A stretch of 53,392 bases of DNA from Candidatus Aminicenantales bacterium (GCA_049515535.1 JBEKTZ010000005.1:186001-239392); one strand, 5' to 3'. Counted from the stretch's first letter, positions 42,906 through 52,567 are shown. Program-made: numbers and translations. Notes: generated by a model not told the origin, from the letters alone.

Positions 42906-43748
42906 TCATCGCCGGCGGCGGACGGCAGGCTCGGATTCGGATCCGGGAATTCTTTCGTAGAGGAGCAGGAAGTTATCGCGCGTGAGAAGAGAGATTTCGC
43001 GCGGATCCGCCAGGAACGGCTGAACATCGCGGACGACCTCCTTCCAGTCCAACTTCTCGGCTTTCGTCGAAACCGCACTCGGCCAGGTCTGCTCGTCGAG
43101 GTTCACAAAGCCGGTGCGCTTCTGTGTCAGAGCATTATTCAGAAGGACAAGATTCGGACCCAAATCGTTCCACTTGGAACGTAGCCAGATCAGATCGTAG
43201 ACATCCCGCCCTTTGGTATAAGACCTGCTTAAGAAAGCGGCGATCTTCGTTGCGAAGAGAGAGGCTTTGTCGAAATGCCTCAGGAGGACCGGCATGTGGA
43301 GGTTAACGATGGTCCTCTCTTCGACCCATCCTTCGGGCGGGTTCACGTCGATTTCGATATTGATCGAAAGCTTCTGGCTTTCCCGGCGGACGAGGCCGGC
43401 TTCTTGGAGAATTCCCGCGAACCGGATGAATGCACGCTGGATGATTTTCTCCTCCTTGACGGTCGGTTCGACGGCATAACCGGCTTTTCTCAGTTCGACG
43501 GATAAGCAGTCGGCCATATCCTTTAGGCCTCGGCGCCGCCACGTCGGCTCGGCGCAGAAATCTATGTCCTCGGAAAATCGCCCGATCCCGTAGAGAAAGC
43601 GGAGGGCGGTACCGCCGACAAATTGCAAGGAGTCGATAAACCCAGCCCGCTGGAGGATGACGAGGATTTCGTTCTGAAGGTATTCTCGAAGGATGTTGAG
43701 CGGCCGGCCGCCGGCCTTGGCGGCCGTCTGAAGGGCGATGTCTTTCAT
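42906..43748 (-). CDS. AbiEii-family nucleotidyltransferase toxin (type IV TA)
   Basis: LREYLQ, FVGGTALRFLYGIGRFSEDIDF, ATKIAA and KGRDVYD motifs. Confidence 0.92.
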   Translation of the reverse strand: MKDIALQTAAKAGGRPLNILREYLQNEILVILQRAGFIDSLQFVGGTALRFLYGIGRFSEDIDFCAEPTWRRRGLKDMADCLSVELRKAGYAVEPTVKEEKIIQRAFIRFAGILQEAGLVRRESQKLSINIEIDVNPPEGWVEERTIVNLHMPVLLRHFDKASLFATKIAAFLSRSYTKGRDVYDLIWLRSKWNDLGPNLVLLNNALTQKRTGFVNLDEQTWPSAVSTKAEKLDWKEVVRDVQPFLADPREISLLTRDNFLLLYERIPGSESEPAVRRRR

Positions 43749-44374
43749 CGGCGTGTCTCCTCGATAAATTCGGCGGCCGATCGGACCGCCGCGGACAAGC
43801 CCCATTTCGTGCTTTTTCCGGCGAAAGAGAGAAACCTCACCGTGTCGAAGTCGTCCAGGTTCTGAAGCCTGAGTTCAGAGAGCCAAGCCGGGGAAAAACG
43901 GTGCCGCAGGACATGGAGATAAATCATGTCGAACAAAGCTTTCTCGGCCGAGGCCAAAGGCGTGAGCCATCCATCGATATAGACCTCCGTGAATCCCGTC
44001 AAAAGGTCCGGCTGGACATGGTGATAAAGGAAGGATCGCCCCAGGGCATAGATGATACGGGGCCGATCCGTCGTCGCGCATGTCGGATTTTCCACGGCCT
44101 CGGGAATCAGCTCATGATACTGGAGGGCCCATTCCAGGGAGAGATAGGACGGTTGAACGATCTGCGTCGCGATGTGCGCAAGAGGAACATCTTTAGCGCG
44201 CCAGGGGTTTGCTACGAGATACCACTCGCGTCGAATCCGGACGAGCTTTCCAGCCCTGACCCAGCGTGAAAGCTGGACGCGGATCTGGCGTAAATCCGTA
44301 CTAAAAACTTTGAGCATGGACGAATGAAACAGCGGCATCGCTGCGAATTTTCCCAGGAACTCCGGCCATTTCAT
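43745..44374 (-). CDS. AbiEi-family antitoxin/transcriptional regulator
   Basis: QLSRWVRAGKL wHTH, PSYLSLEWALQYHELIPE and ASAEKALFD motifs; ATGA overlap with the toxin. Confidence 0.88.
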   Translation of the reverse strand: MKWPEFLGKFAAMPLFHSSMLKVFSTDLRQIRVQLSRWVRAGKLVRIRREWYLVANPWRAKDVPLAHIATQIVQPSYLSLEWALQYHELIPEAVENPTCATTDRPRIIYALGRSFLYHHVQPDLLTGFTEVYIDGWLTPLASAEKALFDMIYLHVLRHRFSPAWLSELRLQNLDDFDTVRFLSFAGKSTKWGLSAAVRSAAEFIEETRR

Positions 44375-44422
44375 GGCAATATATTAGCATAATTGATAAT
44401 TTACCGCAATGGTATATTAAAA

Positions 44423-44517
44423 CCCAAAATTGCCGATAGAAGGCGAGACGGAATTCCGGACTTCACCCCTATTCTTGGTCTGATCAGAGAAGAAAGAATC
44501 CTATCGGCAATTTTGGG
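44423..44517. repeat. Perfect 17-bp inverted repeat pair flanking a 61-nt spacer
   Basis: CCCAAAATTGCCGATAG (44423-39) and CTATCGGCAATTTTGGG (44501-17). Confidence 0.85.
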
Positions 44518-44655
44518 GATTCCAGATGTCTTGACAAATGTTATGCGGATAGGAATAGAATGAAGTTAGCACCGGTTGCATTAGATGTGGGGGGTAGCGG
44601 CGAGAGTGATGAATATGTATAGAATTTGAGTTGTAAAAAAATTAAGGATGGGACT

Positions 44656-47600
44656 GTGCGAAAAAAAATTTTTGTAGGGGTTTTTTCCCTGGTTTTGACT
44701 GCAAGCCTGGGCTTTCTTTTCCTTCACGCTCAGAATGATGCCGAGCCTATGCTCGCGCCGTTAAACCCCGCTTTCCTCAAGATGATCAAAGCTAAGCAGG
44801 CGGGGAAGTTCTATGTGGATCCGAAGTTCGGCTATGTTCCCGGCCCTGTCGATCATTCTTACTTCACGACGACAGCGGCCCGCCCGGCGGCGGAGAGCTT
44901 TCCGGCTTCGTATGACTTGAGGACTTACAACAAAGTGACTTCGGTCAAGGACCAGGGACAATGCGGCTCCTGCTGGGCGTTCTCGGCCATAGGCGGGATC
45001 GAATCTTCCCTCCTGCCGACGGAAAGCAGGAACTTTTCGGAACAGCATCTCAATAAATATCATGGCTTTGACTGGGCGGAATGCGGGGGGGGAAACACCA
45101 ACATGTCCGCGGCATATTTTGCCCGGTGGGACGGCCCCTATAACGAAAGCGATTACCCCTATCCCTATTCGTCTAATTCGTCTACGCCCGGGGAAGGAAG
45201 CGCGGCCGTCCAGAAACATATCCAGAGGGCCGTTTGGCTGCCGAAGGACCACGACACGATCAAAGCGTTTGTCTCATCTCCCTTATACGGGGCTGTCACG
45301 TTTGCCTTCAAGGCTACCAACGGCCTCGAAAGCAATTCTACTGATGCCTACTATAATGCCCCGAATTATGCCTATTACTATCCCACGGCAGCCGACATCA
45401 ACCATGAAATCCTCATTATAGGATGGGACGATAGTTTCGCTAAGACGAAATTTTCAACGACGCCTGCTGGAAACGGCGCGTGGCTCTGCAAGAACAGTTG
45501 GGGGACTTCGTATGAGAATAGCGGCTATTTCTGGATTTCCTACTACGACGCAACGATCGGCGATCTTGGCGTATTCTCTTTTGTGCAGCCCGTCACGAAT
45601 TATGAAAATATCTATCAGTATGACCCGCTGGGCTGGGTGTATAGTCTTGGCAATGGTACGACCACCTATTGGAGCGCGAATGTCTTCACGGCCACGACAA
45701 ACGACCCGCTCAAGGCTATAAGCTACGTTACGACAGATGCTTGCACCGTCAGCTACTATATCTACAAAAACCCGACGGCGACAAATCCAACGAGCGGGAC
45801 CTTAGTAGCCTCTGGAACTGCTACGTTCTCTTATCCTGCCTATCTCACCTCCGATCTTTCGGCTCCCGTCACCCTCGCAACCGGCGATAAATTCTCCGTG
45901 GTCATCCAATTTGTCAATAACAGTTATAAGTATCCGGCTGCTTTGGAAGGCTACCAGTCGGGCTACTCATCTAGAGCAACGAATGCGGCCGGCCAGAGCT
46001 TTTGTAGCGATGATGGGACAGCTTGGACCGATTATGCCACCCTGTGGGGTAACACCTATAAGATGAACTGTTGCATAAAGGCCTTTACCGTATTTTCGGT
46101 CGTTTCTCTCACGATCTCGGGGACTGTGAAGGTCGGAGAAACGCCGCTTGAGAATGTGGCTATGACGGGGCTGCCTGGGAACGTGAAAACAAATGCTTCG
46201 GGTCAGTATACGGGAACGGTGAACTCCGGTTGGACGGGGACAGTCACGCCGACCCTTGCCGGCTACGCGTTCGAACCGACGAGCAAATCTTATGCTAACA
46301 TCACTTCGAATCAGACCCAGAATTATGCTGCGACCTCCGCATATACGATCTCGGGGACTGTGAAGGTCGGAGAAACGCCGCTTGAGAATGTGGCTATGAC
46401 GGGGCTGCCTGGGAACGTGAAAACAAATGCTTCGGGTCAGTATACGGGAACGGTGAACTCCGGCTGGAGCGGGACCGTCACGCCGACCCTTGCCGGCTAC
46501 ACGTTCGTTCCAACGTCTCGCACATATTCGAACGTCGTCACGCCGCAAGCCAATGATGATTTTTATGCCTACATCATCAATGGGAACTTAGGCTTCCGAT
46601 CGTCGGGGAGCTGGACCGGGGCGGGAAAAGCTGGTGCCGGCTGGTTTATCGGCGATTTCAACGGGGATGGGAAAAAGGATATCTTCCGCTATTATCCGGG
46701 GGTCTCGGGGGCGGACATGTTCCTGTCCGATGGGACGCAATTCAACTCCGTCGGCAGCTGGACTGGGGCGGGATACGGATCAGACGGTTGGTATGTCGGC
46801 GACTTCAACGGGGATGGGAAGGACGATATCTTTCGCTATCTGCCGGGAATCTCGGGGGCGGACATGTTCCTTTCCAACGGGACGCAGTTCAACTCCGTCG
46901 GCAGCTGGACCGGGGCGGGATACGGATCAGACGGGTGGTTTATCGGCGACTTCAACGGCGACGGGAAGGACGACCTCTTCCGCTATCTCCCGGGGGTCTC
47001 GGGGGCGGACATGTTCCTTTCCAACGGGACGCAGTTCAACTCCGTCGGCAGCTGGACCGGGGCGGGATACGGATCAGACGGGTGGTATGTCGGCGACTTC
47101 AACGGAGATGGGAAGGACGACATTATGAGATATATCCCCGGTGTGGGGTCAGAGGTCTTTCTCTCGGACGGGACGCAATTTGTCTCAGCCGGGATCTGGA
47201 CGGGCGCCGGGAACGGGGCTGACGGCTGGTACGTGGGCGATTTCAACGGCGATGGGGAATGCGATATTTTCCGGTATGTCCCCGGGGTATCGGGAGCGGA
47301 AGTGTTTTTATCGGATGGGACGAAGTTTGTCGAGGCGGGGAGCTGGACGGGGGCCGGGAACGGCACGGACGGCTGGTATGTCGGGGATTTCAACGGCGAC
47401 GGGAAGGACGATATTTTCCGCTATTATCCCGGGGTGTCCGGAGCGGATGTTTTTCTTGCCGGAAGCGTTTCCGGATCGGTCTCCGAATTCGACGCATTTC
47501 AAAGGAACGCGTCTTCCAGTGTCGGGATCTCTCTTGATGCGGCCTATTGGATGGAAGAAAAATGGCTCGAGCCGTTCCGGTTGAAAGCCGGTAGGGGGGA

Positions 47601-47721
47601 GCCCGTATCGTTGATGGACTTGAAGCAAGCCTATGAAAACGCCACGGGGGAAAAACCGAATCGGGCCGTCTTCCTCCGGTGGCTCAAGAGACATGATTTT
47701 CGATTGATCTCGAAGGAGTGA
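44656..47721 (+). CDS. Secreted multidomain C1A cysteine peptidase: lectin-like domain, two beta-sandwich repeats and six FG-GAP/VCBS-like repeats
   Basis: Signal peptide, DQGQCGSCWAF, NHEI, KNSWG, NIYQYDPLG, duplicated TISGTVK… units and six GDFNGDG motifs. GTG start at 44656 (alternative 44626). Confidence 0.9.
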   Translation: MRKKIFVGVFSLVLTASLGFLFLHAQNDAEPMLAPLNPAFLKMIKAKQAGKFYVDPKFGYVPGPVDHSYFTTTAARPAAESFPASYDLRTYNKVTSVKDQGQCGSCWAFSAIGGIESSLLPTESRNFSEQHLNKYHGFDWAECGGGNTNMSAAYFARWDGPYNESDYPYPYSSNSSTPGEGSAAVQKHIQRAVWLPKDHDTIKAFVSSPLYGAVTFAFKATNGLESNSTDAYYNAPNYAYYYPTAADINHEILIIGWDDSFAKTKFSTTPAGNGAWLCKNSWGTSYENSGYFWISYYDATIGDLGVFSFVQPVTNYENIYQYDPLGWVYSLGNGTTTYWSANVFTATTNDPLKAISYVTTDACTVSYYIYKNPTATNPTSGTLVASGTATFSYPAYLTSDLSAPVTLATGDKFSVVIQFVNNSYKYPAALEGYQSGYSSRATNAAGQSFCSDDGTAWTDYATLWGNTYKMNCCIKAFTVFSVVSLTISGTVKVGETPLENVAMTGLPGNVKTNASGQYTGTVNSGWTGTVTPTLAGYAFEPTSKSYANITSNQTQNYAATSAYTISGTVKVGETPLENVAMTGLPGNVKTNASGQYTGTVNSGWSGTVTPTLAGYTFVPTSRTYSNVVTPQANDDFYAYIINGNLGFRSSGSWTGAGKAGAGWFIGDFNGDGKKDIFRYYPGVSGADMFLSDGTQFNSVGSWTGAGYGSDGWYVGDFNGDGKDDIFRYLPGISGADMFLSNGTQFNSVGSWTGAGYGSDGWFIGDFNGDGKDDLFRYLPGVSGADMFLSNGTQFNSVGSWTGAGYGSDGWYVGDFNGDGKDDIMRYIPGVGSEVFLSDGTQFVSAGIWTGAGNGADGWYVGDFNGDGECDIFRYVPGVSGAEVFLSDGTKFVEAGSWTGAGNGTDGWYVGDFNGDGKDDIFRYYPGVSGADVFLAGSVSGSVSEFDAFQRNASSSVGISLDAAYWMEEKWLEPFRLKAGRGEPVSLMDLKQAYENATGEKPNRAVFLRWLKRHDFRLISKE
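46111..46503 (+). repeat. Intragenic direct repeat, 234-nt period
   Basis: 46111-46229 is identical to 46345-46463 (119 nt), and similarity continues beyond. Confidence 0.9.
46600..47460 (+). repeat. Six tandem 147-nt (49-aa) FG-GAP-like repeats
   Basis: Unit GSWTGAGxGxDGWxxGDFNGDGKDDIFRYxPGVSGADMFLSxGTQFxSV; central units near-identical at the DNA level. Confidence 0.9.
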
Positions 47722-47811
47722 AGGATTCCATGAGAAGGGACTTCCCCTAGCCGACACATCTCTGTGTGATGCCGGTTTCAGGGGAGGCGCCTTGCGCCGT
47801 CCCCTTTTTTC

Positions 47812-49377
47812 TTAGCTGGCCTCTCTGACCCGGCCGTTCTCTAATTTATAACGCTTCTTGGCTTTGTCGCAGTAAGCGTAGCCGTCCTTGTCGAACGCCA
47901 GCTTTTTGCCGGCTTCGCTCATCCAACCGACGATCCGGGCCGGATTCCCCACGACCAGAGCGAAGTCCGGGACGTCCTTAGTCACGACCGCTCCGGCCCC
48001 AATGAAGGCAAATCGGCCGATGGTATGTCCGCAGACGATAGTCGAGTTCGCGCCGAGCGACGCGCCTTCCTTGACCAGCGTGAGAATGTAGTATTCGGCG
48101 CCGACCTGGGGATACTTGCTCCGGGGATCGACGATGTTCGTGAAGACCATCGACGGGCCGCAGAAGACATAGTCCTCGAGCGTCACGCCCTCGTAGACCG
48201 AAACGTTGTTCTGGATCTTGACGAAATTGCCGATGGTCACGTTGTTGCCGACGTTGACGTTCTGGCCGAGGACGCATTTCTTCCCGATACGGGACCCGGA
48301 CTGGACGTGAGAAAAATGCCAGACCTTTGTTCCTTCGCCGATCTCGACGTTGTCGTCGACCGCCGCCAGCGGGTGGACGAAAAAATTCTTGGGTTCGTTC
48401 GACATATGAACGGTCCTTCCTTTGAGAGATTCTTCACAGGCCTCCAGGACTTTGAGGACGTTGAGCCCTTTCGCTCCGTCCGTTTGAGGCGTCCGTCGGG
48501 AGGCCGCGCAATCGATGAAATGCTGACATTCCGATCTCAGCGGTTCACGCTTTTCGAATTCGATGGGCTGCGCCTGGTCCGGCCGCGGTATGGGGAGGCC
48601 GTCCACCCAGTCGATCCGGTGATCATAGCCCATCAATTTATTGGTGGGGCTGACGTCGTCGAAGAGGACCATCTTCTTCTCGCCGATAACGACAAGCTTT
48701 TGCTCTTTGTAGGGGTGGAGCCAGGAGACGAAAATATGGGCTTTCGCCCCGCTCGGGAAAGTCAGATTCGTCACCGTGACGTCGGCGACGTTGGGGCTGA
48801 GGTAGGTCCCGCCGCGGGCGACAACCTCGATCGGCATCTCACCGAGAAGGAGGAGGAGGATGGAGATATCGTGCGGGGCGAAGCTCCATAAAATGTTCTC
48901 CTCGGTCCGGATCTTACCCAGGTTCAGGCGGTTGGAATAGATATATCGGATCCGGCCGAGCTCGCCGGCGTCGATCATCCCTTTCAGTTTGATCACGGCG
49001 GGGTGGTACTCGAGGATGTGGCCGACCATGAGGATCAGGCCGCGGGCCTTGGCCAGGGCCACGAGCTCTTCGCCTTCTTTGTAGTGGAGGGCGATGGGCT
49101 TCTCGACGAAGACGTCCTTGCCGGCAAGGAGCGCCTCCTTGACGACGGCAAAATGGGTCGCAGCCGGGGTCGCCACGGCCACGGCCTTGGCCTCGAGATC
49201 GCCGAAGACCTTGCCGATATTCGTATAGGTTCGGATGTGCGGATATTTTTCCTTGAAGGACCGCAGCGTTTTGTCGTCGATGTCGCAGACGCCCAGAAGG
49301 GCGCCGAGCTCGTGGAAATTGCGGACGAGGTTCTTGCCCCAATAACCGGAGCCGATAACGACGATGTTTTTGGACAT
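47812..49377 (-). CDS. Fused Gfo/Idh/MocA oxidoreductase and hexapeptide N-acetyltransferase (WbpB-WbpD-like)
   Basis: N-terminal GSGYWGKN, VFVEKP and APHD; C-terminal KVWHFSH…GQNV…KIQNNVSVY…GPSMVFTN. Confidence 0.88.
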   Translation of the reverse strand: MSKNIVVIGSGYWGKNLVRNFHELGALLGVCDIDDKTLRSFKEKYPHIRTYTNIGKVFGDLEAKAVAVATPAATHFAVVKEALLAGKDVFVEKPIALHYKEGEELVALAKARGLILMVGHILEYHPAVIKLKGMIDAGELGRIRYIYSNRLNLGKIRTEENILWSFAPHDISILLLLLGEMPIEVVARGGTYLSPNVADVTVTNLTFPSGAKAHIFVSWLHPYKEQKLVVIGEKKMVLFDDVSPTNKLMGYDHRIDWVDGLPIPRPDQAQPIEFEKREPLRSECQHFIDCAASRRTPQTDGAKGLNVLKVLEACEESLKGRTVHMSNEPKNFFVHPLAAVDDNVEIGEGTKVWHFSHVQSGSRIGKKCVLGQNVNVGNNVTIGNFVKIQNNVSVYEGVTLEDYVFCGPSMVFTNIVDPRSKYPQVGAEYYILTLVKEGASLGANSTIVCGHTIGRFAFIGAGAVVTKDVPDFALVVGNPARIVGWMSEAGKKLAFDKDGYAYCDKAKKRYKLENGRVREAS

Positions 49378-49397
49378 GTTCGGGTTCCTTCCGGTGT

Positions 49398-50720
49398 TCA
49401 AGCCTTGACGATCCGGATCCTATGTTTTTTGACGTTTTTCGTCGCGTTCCGCGTGTCCACGATCAAGGACGTGTTGGCGACGATCCACCCATAATCATAG
49501 GACGTATGGTCGGTGACGATCACCGCCGCGTCCATCGAACTCAAGAATTTAGGGGTCAGGCGCGAGGACGCCATGCCCAGGTCGTGCTTCCGGACTTTCG
49601 GGATCTTGGGGATGAAAGGATCGTTGTAATAAAGCTTCGCTCCCTGCTTTGTGAAGAGCGCGATGATCTCGAGGGCGGGGGATTCCCGCATGTCGTCGAT
49701 GTCCTTTTTATAGGCGATACCGAGGATAAGGATCTTGGCTCCCTTCAGACACTTTCCCCTTTGATTGAGGGCGTCGGCGGTCCTGGAGATGACGTATTCG
49801 GGCATTTCGGTGTTGATCTCGCCGGCCAGTTCGATGAAACGGGTGTTGAAGTTCAGCTCCTTAGCCTTCCAGGAGAGATAAAAGGGATCGATCGGGATGC
49901 AGTGGCCGCCGAGGCCCGGACCGGGATAGAAGGGCATGAAGCCGAACGGCTTCGTGGAGGCCGCGTCGATCACTTCCCAGAGGTCGACGCCCATCTTGTC
50001 GGCCAGGATCTTCAACTCATTGACCAGGGCGATGTTGACGCTGCGGAACGTGTTCTCGAGGATCTTGGTGAATTCGGCCGCCTCCGGCGAGCTGACGGGA
50101 ACGACCCGGTCCACGATCCGGGTATAGAGCGCCTTTCCTGCGGCCAGGCAGGACCGGGTGATCCCGCCGACGACCTTGGGCGTGTTCTTTGTATAGTATT
50201 TGGGGTTTCCGGGGTCCTCTCGTTCGGGGGAGAAGACGAGGAAGAAGTCCCGGCCGGCCTTCAAGCCGTTGCGCTCGAACTTGGGGAGAAGGATCTCCCT
50301 TGTCGTGCCGGGGTAGGTCGTGCTTTCTAGAGAGATGAGCTGTCCTCGGCGCAGATATTTGGCGATCTCGTCTGAAGTGACTTCGATATAGCTCAGGTCC
50401 GGCTCTTTGTTCTTGTTGAGCGGCGTCGGGACACAGATCAGGACGGCGTCGGGCTCCTTGAGCCTGGCGTATTTCGTGGTCGCCTCGACCCTGCCGGAAC
50501 GCATGAGCTTGGCGATCTTTTCGCCGGGGATGTGTCGGATGTAGCTCTGGCCCCGATTGAGCTTATCGACCTTCTGCGGGTCGATGTCAAAGCCGAGAAC
50601 ACGGAATCCTTCCTCGGCGAAACGGATGACCAGGGGAAGTCCGACATAACCGAGGCCGATGACGCCGATGACGGCTTGGTTATTTTTTATTTTTTGTTGA
50701 AATTTTCTTGATATATTCAT
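49398..50720 (-). CDS. wbpA: UDP-N-acetylglucosamine 6-dehydrogenase (WbpA-like nucleotide sugar dehydrogenase)
   Basis: GLGYVGLP, ICVPTP, ESTTYPGTT, SPEREDPGN, GGHCIP and AYKKDIDDMRESP motifs. Confidence 0.85.
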   Translation of the reverse strand: MNISRKFQQKIKNNQAVIGVIGLGYVGLPLVIRFAEEGFRVLGFDIDPQKVDKLNRGQSYIRHIPGEKIAKLMRSGRVEATTKYARLKEPDAVLICVPTPLNKNKEPDLSYIEVTSDEIAKYLRRGQLISLESTTYPGTTREILLPKFERNGLKAGRDFFLVFSPEREDPGNPKYYTKNTPKVVGGITRSCLAAGKALYTRIVDRVVPVSSPEAAEFTKILENTFRSVNIALVNELKILADKMGVDLWEVIDAASTKPFGFMPFYPGPGLGGHCIPIDPFYLSWKAKELNFNTRFIELAGEINTEMPEYVISRTADALNQRGKCLKGAKILILGIAYKKDIDDMRESPALEIIALFTKQGAKLYYNDPFIPKIPKVRKHDLGMASSRLTPKFLSSMDAAVIVTDHTSYDYGWIVANTSLIVDTRNATKNVKKHRIRIVKA

Positions 50721-51215
50721 GGGTGAGTCCTTTGCGATTCATGGAATGGAAGTGTCCTCCGATGTTCAATCCTTTTCCTTTGTTCCCATCCCGAGCAGCA
50801 ATTTTAGCGATTTGAGATTTGTCTGTCAATAAAAAACGAAGAAAACGAAGAAAATCTGGCGCTCGACATGATATCGTCGATATGAACGGACGGTGCCGCA
50901 GATCGTTGGACCCGACAGCCGGCCGCGGTCAGGAAAAATGAGCAGGTTGCGCTCACGGCGGCCGAGGAGAGCGTGGCCTATTTTTGAGCATTTTGTGATC
51001 ATGGGGAGTAGGAGTCTGTGATTTTTCGGCCGGTGCGGGAGGGTTTTTGGCCCCCGCTGGCTCTTCAGGCGCCGATTTCCGGGGCTATTGAAACCGCCAT
51101 GCGGCCGGTGATACGGTATCGGCATGGTTAGGAGGAGGGATTCAGCGCCGAGAGGGGGAATTCGTCACATGCCGGAAAAAGGGAATTCCTATAGTTAAAG
51201 GCGAGGTGATGAAGT

Positions 51216-51244
51216 TTGACAAAGTTCGCTTATGTTTCTAAAAT
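51216..51244 (+). promoter_or_regulatory. Putative sigma70 promoter upstream of the SGNH gene
   Basis: TTGACA (51216-21), 17-nt spacer, TAAAAT (51239-44). Confidence 0.7.
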
Positions 51245-51400
51245 GAAAATCTTATTTAAGATGGCAAGAAATGAGAATGTTGAAGGCTTTAATTTACGGC
51301 GGCAGCTGATCTATTTAGACAGGGCCTCCCTTATTTTCAGAAGCCGATCATATGAGCATGCGCCATTAGAAATTCTTAGCGCATAAACGAGGGGATATAG

Positions 51401-52567
51401 GTGTCAATGCCTCCATCCGGAACGACGAACCCCCATCCCATCTCGAAAAAAAAGAAAGCGTTTTTTATTGTGTGTTCTCTGGGTTTGGCGTTCATCCTGA
51501 CCTTCGGCGTCTTGGAAATCATATTTAGAATTACCCAGCCCCGCGGATTTTCCTATGAGTATATTCGATTCGATGAAGTGACCGGGGCCGGACTAAGCCC
51601 TGGGGGGACGATACTCTATCGGAGTCCCGGCGGCGTCGTCGTCCGGCGAAAGGTGAATTCCTGGGGCTATCTCGACAGGGAACATATCAAGGCCAAGCCC
51701 GCCGGTGTCTATCGGATCGGTTTCTTCGGCGATTCTTACACGGAAGCGCGGCAAGTCCCCTTAGAGCAGACGTTTTTTCGGTTAATCGAGAATCAACTGG
51801 CCGGGGAACGCGTCGAATGTTTCTCGTTCGGCATCTCCGGGTTCAGCACCCTCCAATCCTATCTCACCTGCCAAAAATGGTTGAGGGAGCTTGACCTGGA
51901 CCTGGCCGTTTACGTTTTTTGCGAGAATGATCTCGGCGACCAGATCAAAGAGATCAAACGGCATTCGCTTTTGCCCTATGCCGTCCCGGAGGGCGATGGT
52001 TTCCGCGTCGAGTGGTTCTTCCAAAAAGGAGACCGCTTCAAATTGGCCGTTTATAACCATACGATCCGCTTTCTGGCTTCCCGCTCGATTCTCCTTGGGA
52101 CGCTGGTCCAAAGAATCCGACTCTTGATGCGCTATGGGGTCAAAGTCAAAACGAACGAAGCCGAGCTCCTCATGGCGACAAAAGCCGACGGTTCGGGTGT
52201 TCCCGATCAAAACGACCTTCCCTCAACGTGGCCCGCGAAATGGAGGGAGCAGGCCGAGACATTAGGGGAAGCCGTGATCAGGAAATGGGCCGGGGAGGTC
52301 TACGGCCACTCCCGGCGATTCGCCGTTATGTATGTTCCGCGCGCCGGAGAGTTGGAAAAGGCGGCAGATAAGCAGGATTCGTGGAAATTCTGGTTGGAAT
52401 CGCTTTGCCGAAAGGAACGGATCCCGTGGATCGATCCGAGTCCGGAGCTGATTGCCATGGCCGAAGGCGGAACAACGGTCTTCGGCGATCATTTTTCGAA
52501 GGAAGGCCATCTCGCCTTCGCCGAGGCTTTCGTGAAATGGTTTCGAGCGGAACAACTTCGTCAATAA
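51401..52567 (+). CDS. Membrane-anchored SGNH/GDSL-family hydrolase or acyltransferase
   Basis: N-terminal TM, NSWGYLD, FFGDSYTE (block I), GISG, END and DHFSKEGH motifs. Confidence 0.85.
   Translation: MSMPPSGTTNPHPISKKKKAFFIVCSLGLAFILTFGVLEIIFRITQPRGFSYEYIRFDEVTGAGLSPGGTILYRSPGGVVVRRKVNSWGYLDREHIKAKPAGVYRIGFFGDSYTEARQVPLEQTFFRLIENQLAGERVECFSFGISGFSTLQSYLTCQKWLRELDLDLAVYVFCENDLGDQIKEIKRHSLLPYAVPEGDGFRVEWFFQKGDRFKLAVYNHTIRFLASRSILLGTLVQRIRLLMRYGVKVKTNEAELLMATKADGSGVPDQNDLPSTWPAKWREQAETLGEAVIRKWAGEVYGHSRRFAVMYVPRAGELEKAADKQDSWKFWLESLCRKERIPWIDPSPELIAMAEGGTTVFGDHFSKEGHLAFAEAFVKWFRAEQLRQ

Noticed and set aside
46600..47460. Regular repeats as a CRISPR array
   Set aside because: They are in-frame 147-nt coding repeats without unique spacers, and no cas genes are present
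47736..47811. Long imperfect hairpin between the convergent protease and wbpB/D genes
   Set aside because: Most simply an ordinary terminator region; pairing is too irregular to claim an ncRNA
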